Shown here: piece after piece, positions 60,101 through 64,000 of the stretch
Numbering within the stretch: position 1 is the stretch's first letter
How the letters are laid out: each line of letters opens with the position of its first letter
Assembly (NCBI GenBank): GCA_017445405.1
Contig: JAFSUD010000065.1
Coordinates: forward strand, 28,404 to 92,403
Reading direction: 5' to 3'
Origin: Synergistaceae bacterium
GTDB lineage: Bacteria > Synergistota > Synergistia > Synergistales > Aminobacteriaceae
DNA: 64,000 nucleotides
Notes under the pieces: model-generated
What the model saw: only the letters and a program-made list of their open reading frames with translations
What the model was told of the DNA's origin: nothing
The model's database searches: none
Made by a program: the position numbers and the translations under genes

Positions 60101-63100
60101 GCGACAAGCAGGCCAAGCATAAGCGACTGTTCGGGAAGTATCTGGAAGTCAGGGACAGCGATGGCAAGTCCGTAGCACGTTACTCTGTCTCTGGAGACAA
60201 GTTCTCCGCCGCACCAGACACGGATGCATCATTGGCTGAGGCAGTGGAAAGCGAACTTCGCGACAAGCTCGGGGCAATGCTGCGCACGGGACGTTCTGAC
60301 ACTCCGCACCGCCATACTGCCAAACCCACTGAGAAAAAGAGTTTCAGCGATAGACTGCATGACTTTGTGTTGGGACAGGAGGGCGACAGCAGAGGGTTCT
60401 TCCAGCGTACAAGAGATACTATCTCCGAGCGCAAGGCGTTTAATCACGCGCGCAAGCAGATACAGGAGAAGATAGAAAAGGCCTTTAGCGACTTAGTAGG
60501 TGGCAGCAAGCAGAATAAACAAGCCATAAGGTACATCGCTAAGCTCACCAGCTATGTATATGCGGCACGGCTTCAGGCATCAGCTCATCTTGGTGGCATG
60601 ACAATTAACGAACTTGCCGACATCTGGAGCTTGGATTTCCAGTTCAGCAACAAAACAACCAATAATAGAGGCACAACAGACTTTCAGCCCGCAGAGTTCG
60701 ACAAGAACGGCAACCTTCTTCACGCACCGAAGACCATCGTTTATCTGTACGAAGAAGCTAACCTCTCAACAATGCTCCATGAGGCGGGACACATCTTCTT
60801 ACACGATATGCGCAGGCTTGTGCAGATTGAGGGTGTGCCTGACAGCGTACTCAACGACTGGGCAACCCTGACTGAATGGCTGGGCGTGAGCGATATTGAC
60901 CTGACCAGAAGAACCGGCGAGCTGTCGCAGGAGGAGAAGGCTAGGTGGAAGGATGCGCACGAGAAGTTCGCGACGGCATTCGAGAAGTACCTTATGACTA
61001 ACGAAGCTCCTACAAGCAAGCTCAGGCGGGCATTCGAAGCGTTCAAGCGGTGGCTGTTAGACATCTACGAGCACATAACGAACATTCAGTACATGGGTTC
61101 GGACGGCAAGATGCATAGTTATCACATGTCCGACGAAATCCGCAAAGTGATGGACAGGATGCTGCAGGATGTGCAGTATGTGCCCGACACAGAGGCCGCT
61201 AAGAAGTCTCCATATCTGACAAACGAGAGGGAGATACACAGACAGGGGGCGGAGAGTGAAACCCAATCGTGGAGTGATACTATTGACCGCTTCATGAATG
61301 GAGAACTGAGCAGACGTGCGGATGGTAACCTTCTGCATGTTATGGATACGCCGGATGTCTTTACCCTCGTCGGTATGGAGAGGTTGCCTATCGAGATACA
61401 CATTGGCAACATAGATAAAATTCTGCGCAAGAAACATCATCTCAGCCCTGAAACTCTGAAGCAGATACCAAAAGCATTAGCTGACCCTGTTATGATATTC
61501 AAGTCTCAGCACGACATATCAAAAGACAGAGACAGTAGAGTTATTCTAACCGAGCTCAGGGAGAAAGATGCAAGAGGTATAGAGCGTAGCGTAATGGCGG
61601 CCATAACTCTAGGCAAGGCTAACTTATCCAGAGGATACGCTATCAATGAACTGACTACTGTATACAGAAAGGATACGAGCTCGAAACAACAGCTCACGCC
61701 TGAAGAGGATATATACAACTGGATAACTAGAACGTTCAAAGATGGTACTCCGATGAACTTGCTACTGTACATAAACAAAGAAAAAGCCCGTCAAGGAGCA
61801 ATGTCTCCAGGCATTTCGCCATTAGTATTTGACATCCTTAATGGACTGCCTAATAGTATACCAGATGAGCATGACCTTGCAAGGCTGAAATCACAGAGCA
61901 GAGAGCCCGACATACAGCAGGACAGCCTCTCCGATACTCCTGAAGGCTTCATCTCCAAGTCAGACATTGAGAGGTACGACCAGAGGCACTACCACGCCAC
62001 AGGGCACACGGTGAAGGATAACCGGCTGAGCACTGACTACGCATTTACTGGCGGCGGCTGGCACTCGAGAGGATACGGCATATACACTTCACAGCTGAAG
62101 AGTTCAGCAACACCGTACAGAACCAACAGCCTGAGTGAGGCAGACTTGGCCGAGCATGTCTACGAGTTCACACTCAGGGACGGGCGCAGAGTACGCAACG
62201 ACAACACTTCGATGAACTGGACTGACGGAGAGCGTACATTCGGGCAGGACACACCGGAAGGCAGGTTCTACAGCCACATCTTCAAGATGCTGGAGCAGTC
62301 GGGCGACAGGCAGGACACAGCCACGAAGATGCGGGCAGTAATAGAGGGCTATATCAACGGACTTACGAGGGAGATAGAGAACTACAGGAGTATTCTTGAC
62401 GGCCTCAAGGACAAGCCGGACAGCCCCAGAATGCGGATACGACGCAACTCAGTTGAACATAACCTAAGACAGGCTCAGGAGCAGCTGGCTTACGCACGGG
62501 ATAACGCACCAGTATATGCGGACTACATCGCGCCTAAGAAGGGCAACATATACACAGCGGAAGGGCCGGAGGATTACCAGCTGCTAGATTGGGACAAGCC
62601 GATACATGAGAGCCCGAGAGGTGTACGGAACATCCTGCGCTCGGTGATAAAGAACTTCGACAGGGTAAACATGACTGGCGGTGAGCTGTACCGCTTCTTG
62701 GCCAAGAGGTTCGGTTCAGAGAAGAAAGCCTCAATGTGGCTGATGAAGCAGGGTATACCTGGCTTGATGTACCTTGACGCGCAGAGCAGACAGGCGGGAG
62801 GCAACACCCATAACTACGTCGTGTGGGACGAGAATATGCTTCACCTGCTTGACGTTGAGGGGGACAGGGAGACGGTGGAGTACTTCAGGGAGACCAGAGA
62901 CACTCAGAAGACACCAACACGCATCGGCCGCACCAATGACACGCTGATTACGCCGGAGGAAATTGAACGCTACGACCAGATTGCCTATCAAGGTACTCCG
63001 CATATTGTGCACAACGGGTTCAATCTTAAGTATATCGGGACTGGTGAAGGTTCTCAGGTTTTTGGATGGGGGCTGTACTTCGCAGAAGAAAGAAGCACTG

Positions 63101-64000
63101 CAGAGACCTACAGGACTAACAGCAAAGATGAACTGACAATCAAGATGAAGGATGGCAGCCTATGGCACGGCGGCAATCTCTACAAAGTTGACCTGCCAGA
63201 CAATGATGTACTTCTTGACCTCGATGCAGAGCTCTCCGAACAGCCTCCGAAGGTTCAGAAAGCACTGCGCAAATTCATAGAGTGGGTTAAAGGCCGCAAC
63301 CTGTCTGATGGAGCGTTGAAGAGACTACAAATAGCTGAGACTGGATTTGCCTTTTACGGCGCGCTGGTTGACCAAGTTATGCCGGAACTCATGGATAAAT
63401 TCAAACGTCAGGGCGGAACACTCGGACGTATTGACAGGGCAGATATGGCTGCCTCTCTCTTCCTCAACAGATACGGCATCCCGGGCCTGCGTTTTCTCGA
63501 TAAATTCAGCAGGTACGACGAGACAGGCAATTACAACACCCACAATTTTGTAATCTGGAACACCGACCTCATCAAGATGCTGGGTATCTCTGCGGACAGT
63601 GCTCCAAGTGCTATAGACGCGTTCAGAAAGGAGTACGGCGGGGAAGTCTACCAGCAGTCAGCACTCGGGAGGCAGAACTCCATACGTGATGTGCTTGACA
63701 TCATGCAGACTGAGCAGGGCAGGAGAAACTCCGGCAATGTGTGGGCGGATTATGCCCGTGTATCACCAGAAGAGGCAAGACGCATCTCAGAGGCTACGGG
63801 GCTGGACATCAGCGACAGGTATGTTCATACAATCATAGGCAGTGCTGTAACCCACACGCTTAACCGTCATGGAGAAGGGAACGAACAGAGAGGCGACCAG
63901 CTGCCTATCACTGACGAGGACTTCGAACGCATACCGTATATCATTCAGAACGCCGATGAAATAAGGCTTGGCACTGACAAAACCACAGGCAACCTCAATG
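57124..64000 (+). CDS. Giant polyvalent protein (more than 2290 codons, 3' end outside window)
   Basis: No stop in this frame from ATG 57124 to the window end (absent from the track because it is unclosed). ParB-like GSDMVVESGNGRVMALRQAY (about 59.07-59.13 kb). HEAGH zincin motif (60778-60792). Two paralogous modules (YHATGHTV...GGGWHSRGYGIYTS / YQGTPHIV...GEGSQVFGWGLYFA, each followed by GIPGL.(Y/F)LD...N(Y/F)V(V/I)W). PBECR-like VHTIIGSAVTHTLNRHGEGNE at the end. Confidence 0.85.
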   Translation, partial: MNTNIPGLAELQEQRAEEERRRRAEQQRALQSGQYVLMPQSMTNIPGLADAQARAYSIAHEAQPQDAEILSDGLPANVDRSRPIGFNIYGDIGYVDTQEKILSWKDRISRDGGVPPSLQRYMGNFGLGVTDTFIRGALNVPAQYILDPLGRASETLFGGESTLKSAAKQLFDWDAAYSKASTGTREVLNGTSGPTFADNVLHGSGTSLGHMLLGYGAGKIASLLGVVSPQALNFIRFLGENFSESLTEGGNAASDAYASDKSRYDDAIRTGWYSFLPNAGVSLGQSWLEAKLKTYLDTHIMPGTTEGIKWLGREWLKGAIKEEANELLEEPRQQAIEQAVKNTFDSGDMSWGNLFVNLLDEGRRILPYREKDGSINPGYFAQVAPETAASTLLTSLITAPLEISGGGRQQKRQNVDNRTRMEQLTKRRDTLQEELTNTQIAQAEHPNDVDLSSIIEGLTAEINGINQSIADVQDELDRETLNLYPSDDDATPSAGQDGAQDEQFIPPFDPDESNTAAAEQQDDLDGERYNQANKRKMGLRNSLSSFFDASLPLDDTRLIPPSTPERNTNTARIRTMRGTEADIRYRVVDADDLITSTNERGAPNSNYPQELQPRQRDREASFQQIERIANDIDPELLAESRLASNGAPVIGSDMVVESGNGRVMALRQAYRTGKAEGYRNWLNESAGRFGLTARDFAGIANPVLVRERTSDVDRVRFAREANESSTAAFSATENAQEDARRITTEMLRLYDPSRNLHANRQFLSAFIGSIPPNERGSLIQHDGIISRAGLERAQNAIAALAYGNNSILNRLGELFDDDIKNISNALIQAAPKIAMFENSGRKQELSLQKDIAEAVSSLVNAREQGKSVEAYLSQPNLFGDGISPEAETLLRFFDKNKRSAKTIAEGLQRYAELASREAGAGQTLMFDDSARDKGGILGEAINNTGRESYNQSAEDDTERTDITQTRATDKVRTLTVEHEGKKQTFTVHEGEFSDKQAKHKRLFGKYLEVRDSDGKSVARYSVSGDKFSAAPDTDASLAEAVESELRDKLGAMLRTGRSDTPHRHTAKPTEKKSFSDRLHDFVLGQEGDSRGFFQRTRDTISERKAFNHARKQIQEKIEKAFSDLVGGSKQNKQAIRYIAKLTSYVYAARLQASAHLGGMTINELADIWSLDFQFSNKTTNNRGTTDFQPAEFDKNGNLLHAPKTIVYLYEEANLSTMLHEAGHIFLHDMRRLVQIEGVPDSVLNDWATLTEWLGVSDIDLTRRTGELSQEEKARWKDAHEKFATAFEKYLMTNEAPTSKLRRAFEAFKRWLLDIYEHITNIQYMGSDGKMHSYHMSDEIRKVMDRMLQDVQYVPDTEAAKKSPYLTNEREIHRQGAESETQSWSDTIDRFMNGELSRRADGNLLHVMDTPDVFTLVGMERLPIEIHIGNIDKILRKKHHLSPETLKQIPKALADPVMIFKSQHDISKDRDSRVILTELREKDARGIERSVMAAITLGKANLSRGYAINELTTVYRKDTSSKQQLTPEEDIYNWITRTFKDGTPMNLLLYINKEKARQGAMSPGISPLVFDILNGLPNSIPDEHDLARLKSQSREPDIQQDSLSDTPEGFISKSDIERYDQRHYHATGHTVKDNRLSTDYAFTGGGWHSRGYGIYTSQLKSSATPYRTNSLSEADLAEHVYEFTLRDGRRVRNDNTSMNWTDGERTFGQDTPEGRFYSHIFKMLEQSGDRQDTATKMRAVIEGYINGLTREIENYRSILDGLKDKPDSPRMRIRRNSVEHNLRQAQEQLAYARDNAPVYADYIAPKKGNIYTAEGPEDYQLLDWDKPIHESPRGVRNILRSVIKNFDRVNMTGGELYRFLAKRFGSEKKASMWLMKQGIPGLMYLDAQSRQAGGNTHNYVVWDENMLHLLDVEGDRETVEYFRETRDTQKTPTRIGRTNDTLITPEEIERYDQIAYQGTPHIVHNGFNLKYIGTGEGSQVFGWGLYFAEERSTAETYRTNSKDELTIKMKDGSLWHGGNLYKVDLPDNDVLLDLDAELSEQPPKVQKALRKFIEWVKGRNLSDGALKRLQIAETGFAFYGALVDQVMPELMDKFKRQGGTLGRIDRADMAASLFLNRYGIPGLRFLDKFSRYDETGNYNTHNFVIWNTDLIKMLGISADSAPSAIDAFRKEYGGEVYQQSALGRQNSIRDVLDIMQTEQGRRNSGNVWADYARVSPEEARRISEATGLDISDRYVHTIIGSAVTHTLNRHGEGNEQRGDQLPITDEDFERIPYIIQNADEIRLGTDKTTGNLN

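Noticed and set aside
1-64000. Stop-codon reassignment (for example TAG recoding) in late genes
   Set aside because: The in-frame TAG at 31957 raised the idea. But standard-code ORFs are long and contiguous throughout, including one of more than 2290 codons. TAG, TAA and TGA all terminate well-supported genes.
1-64000. Integrase/attP module
   Set aside because: No tyrosine or serine recombinase motifs were seen in any listed ORF. The absence is noted as an observation, but the integrase may lie outside the window.

Overview
The whole 64-kb window reads as one densely packed temperate tailed-phage genome segment, with strong GGAGG-type ribosome-binding sites (RBS) and Firmicutes/Negativicutes-style lysis genes. 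Layout: (1) 1-3295, a leftward early arm with two BRO-N antirepressor genes, two tiny hydrophobic peptides, a KTSC protein and a Cro-like HTH. (2) 3296-3448, an AT-rich divergent switch. It is followed by a rightward CI-like HTH gene, an AT-rich operon of lipoproteins and membrane proteins (3904-7302), ParA/ParB-like genes with two 28-bp palindromes, and a class II Fic protein. (3) A leftward RusA + RinA/ArpU-like pair. (4) A stefin-like protein, a tRNA-like element, a ParB-domain::N6-adenine methyltransferase fusion and an orphan HicB. (5) The packaging and head module: small and large terminase, portal, scaffold-like protein and SU10/DUF5309-type capsid. A promoter-to-terminator moron interrupts it, carrying two Panacea (SocA/DUF4065) domain genes around an unknown 106-aa ORF. 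That moron was itself hit by an intact IS200/IS605 (tnpA-tnpB) element whose exact insertion point can be reconstructed. A Lar + DUF4406 pair also interrupts the module. (6) 27.2-48.8 kb, a roughly 21-kb receptor-binding region of about 30 ORFs. It is built from two reiterated N-terminal adaptor motifs and carries canonical C-type lectin domains (QPD and EPN variants), BNR/Asp-box propellers, LamG, He_PIG-like, collagen-like and glycine-rich modules, plus one frameshifted fibre. (7) A VapBC + DUF2442 cassette, an M15 endolysin and a holin. (8) An ejection/internal-protein block: a Hint-domain protein, a 1021-aa M23+SLT hydrolase, and a polyvalent protein of more than 2290 aa (ParB-like, HEXXH and PBECR-like segments) that runs off the window end. 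I saw no rRNA, canonical tRNA, CRISPR array, integrase, reverse transcriptase, tape measure or sheath. All family assignments come from motif recognition by eye. No database search was run.
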